DNA of 64,000 nt from Candidatus Latescibacterota bacterium (GCA_965205655.1 CBDBIJ010000042.1:5269-69268); one strand, 5' to 3'. Shown: positions 1 to 9,599, counted from the stretch's first letter. Notes: generated by a model from the sequence alone, not told the origin. Program-made: numbers and translations.

Positions 1-1584
1 CTCGACTGCTGGTTCGAGTCCGGTTCTATGCCGTACGCACAGAGCCACTACCCCTTCGAGAATCGCGACCATTTTGACGCCAACTTCCCCGCCGATTTCA
101 TCGCCGAGGCGCTCGACCAGACACGTGGATGGTTTTACACCCTGACGATCCTGTCGTCGGCACTGTTCGACAAGCCGGCCTTCCGCAACTGCATCGTCTC
201 CGGAATGCTGCTGGCCGAAGACGGCCGCAAGATGAGCAAGCGGCTCAAGAACTATCCTGAACCGGCCGAGATGGTCAAGACCTACGGCGCCGACGCGCTG
301 CGCCTCTATTTGCTCAACTCCCCCGTCATGAAGGCGGAGGAGATGCGGCTCACGGAAGACGGGATAAAGCAGAGCCTGCGGGATGTGATAATCCCTCTGT
401 GGAACGCCTACAGCTTTTTCGTCGGCTACGCCATCATCGACGACTGGTCACCTGAACGAGTGGACGCGGCTGAGCCGCTCCATCGCCTCGATCGCTGGAT
501 TCTCTCCGAGCTGCAGACTCTCGTGCGAATCATCAATGAGGAGATGGAGGCATACCGCCTCTACCGCACCGTCCCCGCAATGGTTCAGTTTGTCGAGAAA
601 CTCACAAACTGGTATATCCGTCGGAGCCGGCGGCGATTCTGGAAATCCGAGGACGACGAGGACAAGGCCTCGGCCTACGCGACGCTCTACCGAGTCCTCG
701 TCACCTTCGTGAAGACTCTGGCGCCTGTGCTTCCGTTTGTGTCCGAGTCGATCTATCGCAATCTTGTGGCGTCTCGAGACAGCTCGGCCCCGGAAAGCGT
801 GCATCTGTGCGACATGCCCCAGGTCGACGAATCCATGCGCGATTCAGCTCTCGAAGCACAGATGGAGCTGGCCATGCAGGCCGTGGGCTTGGGTCGCTCG
901 TTGAGGAGCCGACACGCCCTCAGAACGCGTCAGCCGCTGCAGCGACTCTTTCTGCTGCCACCCGACAGCGAGGGGCAGAGCGATTTGGAGCAGGCGTCCG
1001 ACCTTATCGCAGACGAGCTGAATGTAAAGGAAGTCGTCTTCGTGGAGGACGAGGCCGAAATCAGCGAGGTGTCCTACAAACCGAACTTCCGTGCCCTGGG
1101 CCCCCGCTTCGGACCGCGCATGAAAGAGGTGGCCTCCTTTATCGGGCAGCTGGACCGGGAGCAGCTGGGACGCCTGGCCGACGGCGTGATGATGGACATC
1201 GCCGGAGGCCAGATCGGACTCGACGATGTGGAAATTCATCGCAGAGAGCGGCAGGATGTCGTGGCCGCCGTCGAAGGCAACCTTGGCGTCGGGCTGGATG
1301 TGCAGCTCACCGACGAACTCATCTCGGAATGCACTGCCAGGGAGTTCATCAACCGGGTGCAGAATATGCGTAAGGACGCCGGCCTCGATGTTGCCGATCG
1401 AATCCACATGTGGGCCAAAGGCTCTGATAGCGTCGAAGATGCAGTGAGCACCCATCGCGACTACGTCAGGTCCGAAACGCTCACCGTCGAGCTCAATGTG
1501 GGACAGCTGCCCGCGTCCTCCCTCCTGGAGCACGAATGGGACGTGAACGGCCACGACGTCACCGTCGCCATAGACCGGCAGTGA
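1..1584 (+). CDS. ileS: Isoleucyl-tRNA synthetase, C-terminal part (5' end lies outside the window)
   Basis: Frame 1 is open from nt 1 (LDCWFESGSMPYAQ...). Class-I KMSKS signature present as KMSKRLKNYP. Long C-terminal anticodon-binding/editing-type region. Stop at 1582-1584. Confidence 0.9.
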   Translation, partial: LDCWFESGSMPYAQSHYPFENRDHFDANFPADFIAEALDQTRGWFYTLTILSSALFDKPAFRNCIVSGMLLAEDGRKMSKRLKNYPEPAEMVKTYGADALRLYLLNSPVMKAEEMRLTEDGIKQSLRDVIIPLWNAYSFFVGYAIIDDWSPERVDAAEPLHRLDRWILSELQTLVRIINEEMEAYRLYRTVPAMVQFVEKLTNWYIRRSRRRFWKSEDDEDKASAYATLYRVLVTFVKTLAPVLPFVSESIYRNLVASRDSSAPESVHLCDMPQVDESMRDSALEAQMELAMQAVGLGRSLRSRHALRTRQPLQRLFLLPPDSEGQSDLEQASDLIADELNVKEVVFVEDEAEISEVSYKPNFRALGPRFGPRMKEVASFIGQLDREQLGRLADGVMMDIAGGQIGLDDVEIHRRERQDVVAAVEGNLGVGLDVQLTDELISECTAREFINRVQNMRKDAGLDVADRIHMWAKGSDSVEDAVSTHRDYVRSETLTVELNVGQLPASSLLEHEWDVNGHDVTVAIDRQ

Positions 1585-1646
1585 ACCGAACCGCCCATTG
1601 CGACGCACCAAAGCACCGTGATATCAGTTAGCTCGGAGCTCTATCC

Positions 1647-2027
1647 ATGAATCGCGAAGACATCGAATACTTCAAGAAACTGTTGCTCGACAAGAAGGAA
1701 CAGGCCAACGCCGATCTTGAGGAGCTCGAGCGCGTCTCTCGCAACGAGGATGCCCAGGAGTCGTCTGAAGACCGCTCGGCGTATTCCCTCCACATGGCCG
1801 ACAGGGGAACGGACGCCATGGAGCGCGAGAAGAACATGCTATTCGCCCAACGCGAGGGGGCCTATCTGGACTACGTCGACGAGGCTCTGCAGCGAATCGA
1901 GGATGGATCCTTTGGACTCTGCCGCGTCTGCCGGGGCGAAATCGGCCGGGAACGTTTGCAGGCGGTACCGACAGCCACTCAGTGCATCGACTGCAAGTCG
2001 AAGGCCGACGAATCGTCTGAGCGGTGA
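1647..2027 (+). CDS. DksA/TraR-family C4 zinc-finger protein
   Basis: 126 aa. C-terminal CRVC-x17-CIDC zinc finger and an acidic coiled N-terminal half, typical of DksA/TraR. Located between ileS and lspA. Confidence 0.75.
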   Translation: MNREDIEYFKKLLLDKKEQANADLEELERVSRNEDAQESSEDRSAYSLHMADRGTDAMEREKNMLFAQREGAYLDYVDEALQRIEDGSFGLCRVCRGEIGRERLQAVPTATQCIDCKSKADESSER

Positions 2028-2569
2028 CCGAAAACGCCTCTTTTTCGGCCGAAAACGCCTTTTCGGCGAAGTCGAGCCGTCCGCCGCTGGCGGTGCTGTG
2101 GTTTGTGCCCCTCGTCATAGCGCTCGATCAGATCAGTAAGCTCGCCCTCGTCCACTACATGGAGCTTCGCGATCGCGATCCGATCGCGCTGCTCGATCCC
2201 TTCCTGCGTTTCACCTACATCCACAACAAGGGTGCCGCCTTCGGCCTGGACCTGGGAAGCACCATGGTTCACACCGTCGTATCGGTTGTCGCCCTTGCCA
2301 TTCTCATCCGGCTTTTCTGGTCCATGCCCCGGCAGCCGCGCCTGCTGCGCTGCGCCCTGGCTTTGGTGCTCGGCGGTGCCGTCGGCAACATCATCGACCG
2401 CATTCGCCTCGACGAGGGCGTCATCGACTTCATCGACGTCGGCATCAGCGATCAATGGCGTTGGCCCATCTTCAACGTGGCGGACTCCTTCGTCACGATC
2501 GGCATCATTCTGCTCGCCATCGGCTACGCGCGCCAGAAGGAGTCCGAGCCGAGCGGGGATGACAGCTAG
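2024..2569 (+). CDS. lspA: Lipoprotein signal peptidase (signal peptidase II)
   Basis: Motifs NKGAAFG and IDFIDV...WPIFNVADSFVTIG. Four hydrophobic segments. Classical ileS-lspA-rluD order. The true start may be the in-frame GTG at 2093 (VLWFVPLVIALDQISK), see finding on hairpins. Confidence 0.85.
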   Translation: MTENASFSAENAFSAKSSRPPLAVLWFVPLVIALDQISKLALVHYMELRDRDPIALLDPFLRFTYIHNKGAAFGLDLGSTMVHTVVSVVALAILIRLFWSMPRQPRLLRCALALVLGGAVGNIIDRIRLDEGVIDFIDVGISDQWRWPIFNVADSFVTIGIILLAIGYARQKESEPSGDDS

Positions 2570-3530
2570 CCGATCCCCCGTCCAGCGTCAGATCGTCGTC
2601 TCCGAGGAAGAAGAGGGACAACGCCTCGACCTGTTTCTCGGCCCCTACTGTCCGGATCTCTCGCGCAGCCGCATCCAGAGCCTCATCGAGGAGGGATCGA
2701 TCCGGGTTGACACCCGCGGCGCGCGCCCCAGTTACAGGGTCCGCGCCGGCGACCGCATCTGGATCGAGATCCCCGACCCCCGACCACTGTCCGTCGACTC
2801 GGAGGAGATCCCTCTCGACGTTCTCTACGAGGACACCGACATCCTCGTCATTGCCAAACCGGCCGGCATGGCCGTGCACCCGGCACCTGGTGCGCTCACG
2901 GGTACTCTCGTCAATGCCCTCCTTCACCACTGCCACAACCTGTCTGGCATCAACGGCGTTCTGCGGCCGGGCATCGTACACCGTCTCGATCGCCACACCA
3001 CTGGATTGCTCGTCGTCGCCAAGAATGACGCCGCCCACCGGGGTCTCTCGTCACAGCTCGAGGCACGCCAGATGCGGCGTCAGTACACAGCCCTCGCCTG
3101 GGGGCGGCTCGAACAGGGGAGTATTGAAGAGCCGATCGCAAGGCACCCTCGCGACCGCGTCAGGATGGCGGTGCGGGAGGGAGGACGCCACGCCGTCACA
3201 CATTACGCTCCCGTTGAGCACTTCCCCTTTCTGACCCACCTCGCGGTGAGACTGGAAACCGGGCGCACTCATCAGATCCGCGTGCACCTGCGCCACATCG
3301 GACACCCGGTTTTCGGAGACCCCGTTTATGGCGGTCGCTCCCAGATACGGGGAATTGTGCCGCAGTATCGACAGAAGGCGCAGACGCTGCTCTCCCTCAT
3401 CGATCGCCAGGCCCTACACGCCCAGCGCCTCGGCTTTCGGCACCCTGTCACCGGCGAGAGCATGGACTTCGAAGCGCCTGCCCCAGAAGACCTGCGACAG
3501 CTCCTGGATTCCTGCCGCCGGGAGCCCTAG
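2559..3530 (+). CDS. rluD: 23S rRNA pseudouridine synthase, RluD/RluA family
   Basis: S4-like N-terminus (RLDLFLG), catalytic HRLDRHTTGLLVVAKN motif, and THQIRVHL. ATG at 2559 overlaps the lspA stop. The 2232 start in the ORF track is an upstream extension overlapping lspA in another frame. Confidence 0.85.
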   Translation: MTASRSPVQRQIVVSEEEEGQRLDLFLGPYCPDLSRSRIQSLIEEGSIRVDTRGARPSYRVRAGDRIWIEIPDPRPLSVDSEEIPLDVLYEDTDILVIAKPAGMAVHPAPGALTGTLVNALLHHCHNLSGINGVLRPGIVHRLDRHTTGLLVVAKNDAAHRGLSSQLEARQMRRQYTALAWGRLEQGSIEEPIARHPRDRVRMAVREGGRHAVTHYAPVEHFPFLTHLAVRLETGRTHQIRVHLRHIGHPVFGDPVYGGRSQIRGIVPQYRQKAQTLLSLIDRQALHAQRLGFRHPVTGESMDFEAPAPEDLRQLLDSCRREP

Positions 3531-3693
3531 GCCCTCGCTTGCCGCCCACTCGTCGTGCCCGTAGGTTAGGGACGTGGCGATGGACCAATCGCAAGGTTGG
3601 GCTGATCATCGCTCTTCAGGCTCCACGTTCCCGCGGGTCATCTTTCCTCTCCACTTCCCCCTTCCGCTCGGACCTCGCACCGCTTTGCATGTC

Positions 3694-4236
3694 TTGCGAC
3701 TACGGCGCGTCACAGCTCTCTGCTTGGCGCTGTGCTTCCTCCTCCTCTCGGGCTGCGCGGGCCTCGCCCCGTCGCCGCGCTATACCGCCCCCCACCGGCG
3801 TGGCCCGCTGGCGATCGTCGGCGAACTCGAGTCGCGTCGCCGCGCCTTCCGCCAGGCGGATCCGTCCAGACTGATGCGCGTCGTCGACACCTACCTCGGC
3901 GTGCCCTACAGGTGGGGCGGCACGACCCGCCAGGGGATGGATTGCTCGGCTCTCATGCGGGCCGTTTTTCGGGAAGCCTACGGACTCGAGCTGCCGCGAA
4001 CCTCGGGCGAGATGTTCCGGCTCGGCCGCCTGGTGGAGCCCGGGAGCAGCCTCAGACCCGGTGATCTCGTGTTCTTCCGCCTTTCGGAATCTGGCCCGGG
4101 CGTCTCTCACGTCGGGGTCTTCGTAGGCGATGGTCGCTTTGCTCACGCCAGCAGCAGTCGCGGTGGGGTCTTGGATGAGCTCTCCGCCTCCTATTTCAAG
4201 AGCCGATTCGCCGGCGCCCGCCGAATCCTGCCTTGA
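3694..4236 (+). CDS. NlpC/P60 (C40) cell-wall peptidase lipoprotein
   Basis: YLGVPYRWGGTTRQGMDCSALMRAVF (catalytic Cys) ... GDLVFF ... SHVGVFVGDGRFAHASS (His). Lipobox LLLSGC. The start is placed at in-frame TTG 3694 (MRLRRVTALCLALCFLLLSGC). The ORF is open back to 3574, so the start is uncertain. Confidence 0.75.
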   Translation: MRLRRVTALCLALCFLLLSGCAGLAPSPRYTAPHRRGPLAIVGELESRRRAFRQADPSRLMRVVDTYLGVPYRWGGTTRQGMDCSALMRAVFREAYGLELPRTSGEMFRLGRLVEPGSSLRPGDLVFFRLSESGPGVSHVGVFVGDGRFAHASSSRGGVLDELSASYFKSRFAGARRILP

Positions 4237-5630
4237 GCTTTCTGCGGACCCACGGCGTTCTCCTCGGCTGCGGCGGCCTGATCGAGGGCGCCTTCGTAGC
4301 GCTTCTTCTGCCGGCGATGGAAAGCGGCGCCCAGGCTCTGTCACTGTGGCTCGCACTTGTGCCGATCGGCATCGGCTACGGTATCGCTTTGTGGCACATC
4401 CACCGGCAAAGCGCGAACCGCGTTCCCGGCGAGACCTCGGGCACGGCCGTCATCCTCATCGCAGCCTGGGCCGTCCTCTTCAGGCTGACAGCGCTGTTCG
4501 GCGAACCCAGTCTCTCCGATGACGTGTATCGCTATGTGTGGGACGGCCGGGTTCAGCTCGCCGGCCTGAATCCTTACAGCTTCCCGCCATCATCGCCTGA
4601 ACTCACCTTTCTGCGCGACGACGAGATCTACCCCGAAATCAATCACAAGCAGATACCGACTATCTATCCACCGCTTGCGCAGCTGTTTTTCCGGTTGGTC
4701 TGCTCCGTACACGCCTCGGTAGGCGCGATGAAAATCTTTCTGACGCTGTGCGAGGTCAGCCTGATTTTCATCGTCATCGCCATGCTCGAACGCCGCCACT
4801 GCGATCGGCGGCGCGCGCTCATCTATGCCTGGCACCCGCTGCCGGTCATCGAGGTCGCCGGCAACGGCCACCTCGAGGCCCTAGGGGTCGCTCTCCTCAT
4901 GCTCTCCCTGCTCTGGGTGGTGGGAGACAGGAGGCACGCCGCTGCCATCGCCCTGGCGGCAGCCGTGTCGAGCAAGCTGCTTCCCCTGCTGGCGCTGCCG
5001 GTTGTGTGGCGAGAGTTCGGCCGCCACCGGTCAACACTGCGGGGCTGGCTGCATCCTGCCGGACGGCTGGCGCTGCTGTGGCTTCCGGCCCTCGTGGGTC
5101 TGGGCTACGCAGCATACGGGGCAGCTGGGGCCGGAATGGTGGAGGGATTGCGGATCTACCTGCTCAAGTGGCGGTTCAACGACAGCCTTTTCATCGTCAT
5201 CAACGAGGCCCTGGTGTCAGGGGGGGCGGCTGAGGACGATATGGCGCTGATGACCGCGCGCTGGATTTCGAGCTTGGCGCTCGTGGCCATCTCACTGTGG
5301 GTATCGGCCCGCGTTGCCGATCCTCTGCGAGCGGTCTTCTTCATCATGGGCGCCTACCTGTTGCTGACACCCACCGTCCATCCATGGTATGTGCTGTGGT
5401 TGCTGCCTTTCCTCCCCCTCTTCCCCCACCCCGCGGGACTCCTCTTCTCATGGCTCGTCTTCCTTGCCTATCACGTCCTGGATCGGTATCGTTCCGACGG
5501 GGTGTGGATGGAGGAACCGTGGGTGAGATGGTCCGAGTACGGCCCTGTGTTTCTGGCGCTCTTGCTGCCGCTGGCGCACTATTTCCTTCGACGAGGACCG
5601 GTGCGAGAGTCGGCGTCTGAAACTCCCTGA
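4233..5630 (+). CDS. Polytopic membrane protein, GT-C-fold glycosyltransferase-like (DUF2029/GT87-like)
   Basis: About 11 hydrophobic segments. First periplasmic loop SDDVYRYVWDGRVQLAGLNPY resembles the acidic DxD/YxW loop of GT-C mannosyl/arabinosyltransferase-like families. Overlaps the NlpC/P60 stop by 4 nt. Confidence 0.5.
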   Translation: MSFLRTHGVLLGCGGLIEGAFVALLLPAMESGAQALSLWLALVPIGIGYGIALWHIHRQSANRVPGETSGTAVILIAAWAVLFRLTALFGEPSLSDDVYRYVWDGRVQLAGLNPYSFPPSSPELTFLRDDEIYPEINHKQIPTIYPPLAQLFFRLVCSVHASVGAMKIFLTLCEVSLIFIVIAMLERRHCDRRRALIYAWHPLPVIEVAGNGHLEALGVALLMLSLLWVVGDRRHAAAIALAAAVSSKLLPLLALPVVWREFGRHRSTLRGWLHPAGRLALLWLPALVGLGYAAYGAAGAGMVEGLRIYLLKWRFNDSLFIVINEALVSGGAAEDDMALMTARWISSLALVAISLWVSARVADPLRAVFFIMGAYLLLTPTVHPWYVLWLLPFLPLFPHPAGLLFSWLVFLAYHVLDRYRSDGVWMEEPWVRWSEYGPVFLALLLPLAHYFLRRGPVRESASETP

Positions 5631-5646
5631 CCTGGTCGAGCGTAGA

Positions 5647-6378
5647 ATGAATGGTCCCGCCATGCGACGTCTTCGAAAACCTTCCCGGCTGTGTATATTC
5701 TGTGCATATGCCGGCTTGTTCCTGATGGGCTGTCTCGAGCTGGTGCGCCGACCGACTGCGGCAAGCGAAACCTCTGGCCCCGAGTGGGACGGCTCGGGGA
5801 ACTCGCCCGCGGCGAAGGATGTCAAGCAGGACACGGCCGCTGCCTCGAGCGATGGGTCGAGCCCAGGGCGGGACGCCTTCTCAGCCGCGGCAACGGACAC
5901 ACCGCTCAGTGATTCGACAGCGATCGCAGCCTGGGAACCCCAGTTCGATGAGGCTGCCCTCGCCGCCAGCGCCAGCCGCAGCAGCGACCGGCGTCGGGAG
6001 GTCGGGCAGGTGAACGAGTACGCCCTGTGGTGCATCCAGAATGAGATGTGGGAGGAGGCGAGGCTTCACCTGGAGCGAGCGGTCGCTCGGGACAGCCTCG
6101 CCGCCAGCCTGCACAACAATCTGGGTGTCGTCTACGAGCGGCTCGGCCAGCGAGAGCGGGCGGAGTCGGGCTACGAGCGGGCGCGCCTGCTGCAACCGGA
6201 AAAAGGCGCCTACCAGTCCAACCTGGCGCGGCTCCAGGACCGCAAGAGTGCGGCATCCAGCCCTCCGACAGCCGACGAAGCAGACTCGCTGAAGACGGGA
6301 CTCGAGATCGAGGAGGAAGAGGTGCTGATCGATTCGCTCGGAATTGGGGGTGGACGTCCACCCAGGTCGTATCCATGA
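5647..6378 (+). CDS. TPR-repeat lipoprotein
   Basis: Lipobox GLFLMGC. Low-complexity Ala/Ser linker, then TPR-like helices (ALWCIQNEMWEEARLHLERAVARD; NNLGVVYERLGQRERAESGYERARLLQPE). Its stop overlaps the next gene's start (ATGA at 6375-6378). Confidence 0.6.
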   Translation: MNGPAMRRLRKPSRLCIFCAYAGLFLMGCLELVRRPTAASETSGPEWDGSGNSPAAKDVKQDTAAASSDGSSPGRDAFSAAATDTPLSDSTAIAAWEPQFDEAALAASASRSSDRRREVGQVNEYALWCIQNEMWEEARLHLERAVARDSLAASLHNNLGVVYERLGQRERAESGYERARLLQPEKGAYQSNLARLQDRKSAASSPPTADEADSLKTGLEIEEEEVLIDSLGIGGGRPPRSYP

Positions 6379-9300
6379 CGATGGTATCGAATATGAGCGC
6401 GAGAAAGCGGTCGAGAATCGGATTGGTCTGCCTCGCCATCGGCGCGATGTGTGCGGACTCGCACGCTCAGGATATCGTTTCCTCCCAGCTGCGTCAGGGG
6501 TTCGGCAGGAACAAGGTGCGCTACAAGGATTTCAACTGGCACTATGTCGAAAGTGAGCACCTGAAGCTCCATTACGAGCCGGAATTCGAGTATCTCGCTG
6601 ACCGAGCCGTGAGATACCTCGAGGAGGGCTACGATCATATCAGCGGCCTCATGCGGCACGAGCTGTCGACGAAGCCGCCAATCGTCATCTTCAAGTCCCA
6701 CTACGAGTTCCAGCAGACGAACATTATCCAGTCGTTCCTGCCTCCGGGGGTAGCCGGGTTCGCGGAGCCGCTGCGCTACCGCATGGTCATACCCTTCAAC
6801 GGCGACCTGAACGATTTCCGCAATGTGCTCGTCCACGAACTCATGCACATCTTTCAGTACGACATCATCAACCGCGGACCCATGAAGCGCATCACCAACC
6901 CGGTGGCCCGACCGCCGACGTGGATCATGGAGGGCCTCGCCGAGTACGGCACCGAGGAGATGAACTCCATCGACGAAATGGTGCTCCGGGACGCCGTGCT
7001 CACCGACCAGCTTATTCCGCTCGAGATCATGGACTCGAGCTGGGACTACCTGCCCAACCCGTTTCTGGCCTACAAGCAGAGCCACAGCATCATGGAGTAC
7101 ATCGCCGAGCGCCACGGCCCCGAGAAGATGAGCCGGTTATTGCGCGTGTGGGACCCCCAAACAGATACGGACAAGCTGCTCAAGAGGCTCATCGACTCCG
7201 ACATGAGTACCCTCGATGAGCAGTGGCAGGCCCACATGCGCAAGAGCTACTGGCCCCTGCTCCAGGATCGGGATTATGTCTCCGAGTTCGCCACCCGGGT
7301 GGTGGAGGACGATGACATTTACATCTCCTACGCTTCCCCGAAATGGTCACTGAGCGGGGACATGCTCGCCGTGCTGTCGACCGATGGCGTCGAACGACAC
7401 GTTGACGTCATTCGGCTCCGCAACGGCAACCTGGTGGAGCGAGTTACCGTGGGCATGCGTACCGTCGAGTTCGACGACCTGACTTTTGGGCCGGGGACCG
7501 TGGCCTGGGCCGGCGACGGTCGCACCATCTCTTTCGTGGCCAAGAAGGGCCCGAAAGATGTGCTCCTGTTGTGGGATCTGTACGACAAGACGCTGGTGAA
7601 GACGATGATCTTCGAGGAACTCGAGATCATCGAATCGCTCGACTGGTCACCCGATGGACAACGGCTCGCCTTCGTCGGCACTGGATTCGGGCAGAGCGAT
7701 ATATACGTCGTCGACGTCGCCACCGGAGATCTCACCCAGATCACCGGAACCCCTCAACGCGACGACTACCCGGCGTTCTCGCCCGATGGTTCGAAAATCG
7801 CCTACAGCGCCAAGCGCGGCGGTCAGTTCGACATCAGGATCTACGATGAGCTCACCGGCAGGAGCACAACCGTGCTCGCAAGCCCGACGGACGACTTGTG
7901 GCCCCTGTGGCTGCCGGAGGGAAACAAGATTCTCTTCGTCTCTACCCGCGAGGGCATCAACGATCTGTTCGTCTTTCATCTCGAAACCGGGGAGGAGTAC
8001 CGTCTCACCCGCACGGTGAGTGGCGTCATGAGCCCCGCCCTGTCACCGGACGGCTCCCAGATCGTATTGGCGACCTACTACCACAGCCGGCGAGAGCTCT
8101 ATCGCATTGACATGCCGAGCTGGCCCGAAGTCATCCGGCACAGCGACGTGCTGGCATCCCGGGTCGTGGACGGCCCGCGACGCGCGGCTGGGGCCACCAG
8201 TAGCGCGGACTCGAGCCGCGGCGTGGCGGCGCTGACCGAAGTCTCGGCGCCCGCCGGTCTGGCTGACGCCGTGTCCCTCGCCGAGCAGTCGAGCCGTGGC
8301 CGCACCGATGCCGTGAAACTCGCTGAAATGAGTGCGGACTTCGCAACTGCAAGCGATGGCTCCCAGACCCCACAGAAGCCTGACCCGCTGACCCTGGATC
8401 TAGAGGAGGGCCCGGCGGACCTCAAGGCCAGAGTTCCGATCTTGAAATCGGATGAAGACAAGAACTCGATCAAGGGACTCACGGTGAGGCGATACACCCC
8501 GCAATTGGAGTTCGACGGCGTCGCTTTTCAAATGGGGTATTACAACGGGTTTCTATCCGGAATCGCCCAGCTGAGTATGAGCGATCTTTTGGGCAATCAC
8601 TCGCTCGTCATGTTCACCGATTATGTCGGCTCCCAGGAGATCAGCAACGACCTCACCTTCGCGCTCGGCTACAACTACTACGGACGGCGGCCCAGCTACA
8701 GCGCCATGATCTTCAACTGGAATCAGTACTTCAACGACCCAGAGGGACGGAATTACCTGTACCGGGGCCGCGCAGTCCGCGGCCTCGTGCGCAGCCGGCA
8801 AGGTGGCATGCTCACCGACGTCACCTATCCTCTCGACGTCTACCGGCGCCTCGAGCTGAGCTACACCTTCGTGGACGAAGAGCGCGAGATCGCCTGGCCG
8901 ACGCGCGAGCCGATCAAAAGCTTCAGCACCCACCTGTTCAAGTTCGCCTACGTGCACGACTCCCTCAACAACGGCCTCCTCGGCCCCACCGCCGGCCGCA
9001 AGTACTACCTGTCCGTGGGTCGAACACTCTCGCTGTCCGAAGGGGATCGCTCCTTTTCTCACCTCGAGGTCGACTACCGCCACTACCTGCGCCTGGGCCG
9101 CTGGTCCGTGCTCGGCTTGCGGGGTGTCGGCATTGGATCCCTCGGGCCGGACGGACTGACGTACAACCTCGGCGGGCCGGCGTGGTTCATCCCGTTCTTT
9201 CCCGGCTACAACCTGAATGTCGGACCGCTGCGCGGCTACCCGTTTTCCGAGTTTACTGGCTCCCGGGTGTTCCTGATAAACAGCGAGATCCGCGTGCCCT

Positions 9301-9599
9301 TCATCCGCAACATCACCTTCGGCTGGCCAGGCACCTTCTCCATTCCCGCCGTGGATGGCAGCTTCTTTTTCGATGTGGGCGGCACCTGGGATGAGGATGA
9401 GTCGCTCGAATTGTGGCCGCTCCACCGCCCCGTCGACGTTCCCGACCAAGCCGGTGAGACCCGGCGGTTGCGCGCCGGGATGGGGTTCGGGCTCCTTGTC
9501 TATTTCCTCGCCCCTCTCAACTTCGAGTTTGCCAGACAGACGGATTTGAGAGAGTACTCCGACTGGCGCATGCATTTCAGTTTCGGTAAGAGCTTCTGA
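6375..9599 (+). CDS. Secreted multidomain outer-membrane protein: peptidase-MA-like (HExxH) + TolB/PD40 beta-propeller repeats + C-terminal Omp85/surface-antigen-type barrel
   Basis: Signal peptide MTMVSNMSARKRSRIGLVCLAIGAMCADSHAQ. VLVHELMHIFQYD ... WIMEGLAEY (Peptidase_MA_2-like). Repeated PD40-type blades (SPDGQRLAFVG...SDIYVVD; FSPDGSKIAYSA...FDIRIYD; LSPDGSQIVLA). C-terminal barrel with LRGY loop motif and terminal ...HFSFGKSF. The start is set at ATG 6375, in frame with ORF 6048..9599. Confidence 0.7.
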   Translation: MTMVSNMSARKRSRIGLVCLAIGAMCADSHAQDIVSSQLRQGFGRNKVRYKDFNWHYVESEHLKLHYEPEFEYLADRAVRYLEEGYDHISGLMRHELSTKPPIVIFKSHYEFQQTNIIQSFLPPGVAGFAEPLRYRMVIPFNGDLNDFRNVLVHELMHIFQYDIINRGPMKRITNPVARPPTWIMEGLAEYGTEEMNSIDEMVLRDAVLTDQLIPLEIMDSSWDYLPNPFLAYKQSHSIMEYIAERHGPEKMSRLLRVWDPQTDTDKLLKRLIDSDMSTLDEQWQAHMRKSYWPLLQDRDYVSEFATRVVEDDDIYISYASPKWSLSGDMLAVLSTDGVERHVDVIRLRNGNLVERVTVGMRTVEFDDLTFGPGTVAWAGDGRTISFVAKKGPKDVLLLWDLYDKTLVKTMIFEELEIIESLDWSPDGQRLAFVGTGFGQSDIYVVDVATGDLTQITGTPQRDDYPAFSPDGSKIAYSAKRGGQFDIRIYDELTGRSTTVLASPTDDLWPLWLPEGNKILFVSTREGINDLFVFHLETGEEYRLTRTVSGVMSPALSPDGSQIVLATYYHSRRELYRIDMPSWPEVIRHSDVLASRVVDGPRRAAGATSSADSSRGVAALTEVSAPAGLADAVSLAEQSSRGRTDAVKLAEMSADFATASDGSQTPQKPDPLTLDLEEGPADLKARVPILKSDEDKNSIKGLTVRRYTPQLEFDGVAFQMGYYNGFLSGIAQLSMSDLLGNHSLVMFTDYVGSQEISNDLTFALGYNYYGRRPSYSAMIFNWNQYFNDPEGRNYLYRGRAVRGLVRSRQGGMLTDVTYPLDVYRRLELSYTFVDEEREIAWPTREPIKSFSTHLFKFAYVHDSLNNGLLGPTAGRKYYLSVGRTLSLSEGDRSFSHLEVDYRHYLRLGRWSVLGLRGVGIGSLGPDGLTYNLGGPAWFIPFFPGYNLNVGPLRGYPFSEFTGSRVFLINSEIRVPFIRNITFGWPGTFSIPAVDGSFFFDVGGTWDEDESLELWPLHRPVDVPDQAGETRRLRAGMGFGLLVYFLAPLNFEFARQTDLREYSDWRMHFSFGKSF

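Noticed and set aside
844-1611. Numerous long antisense or overlapping ORFs. Examples: 844..1611(-), 8553..9575(-), 18411..19751(+), 22801..24261(-), 27331..28134(+), 39408..40127(+), 41798..42754(+), 56363..57526(+), 58140..58829(+).
   Set aside because: Each lies opposite to or out of frame with a gene having strong family motifs. They have Arg/Gly/Ala/Pro-heavy or Asp/Val/His-heavy shadow composition, typical of stop-poor frames in GC-rich DNA.
2232-2558. Upstream extension of the rluD ORF (432-aa version).
   Set aside because: It overlaps almost all of lspA in another frame and has a Ser/Thr/Ala-rich nonsense-like composition. The RluD homology (S4 domain) starts right after ATG 2559.
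6048-6374. N-terminal 109 codons of the 1183-aa ORF (Arg/Gly/Ala-rich MGGGEASPGASGRSG...).
   Set aside because: It overlaps the well-formed TPR lipoprotein gene in another frame and has no signal peptide. A proper signal peptide begins at the in-frame ATG 6375, which overlaps the TPR stop (ATGA). Treated as a GC-driven open-frame extension.
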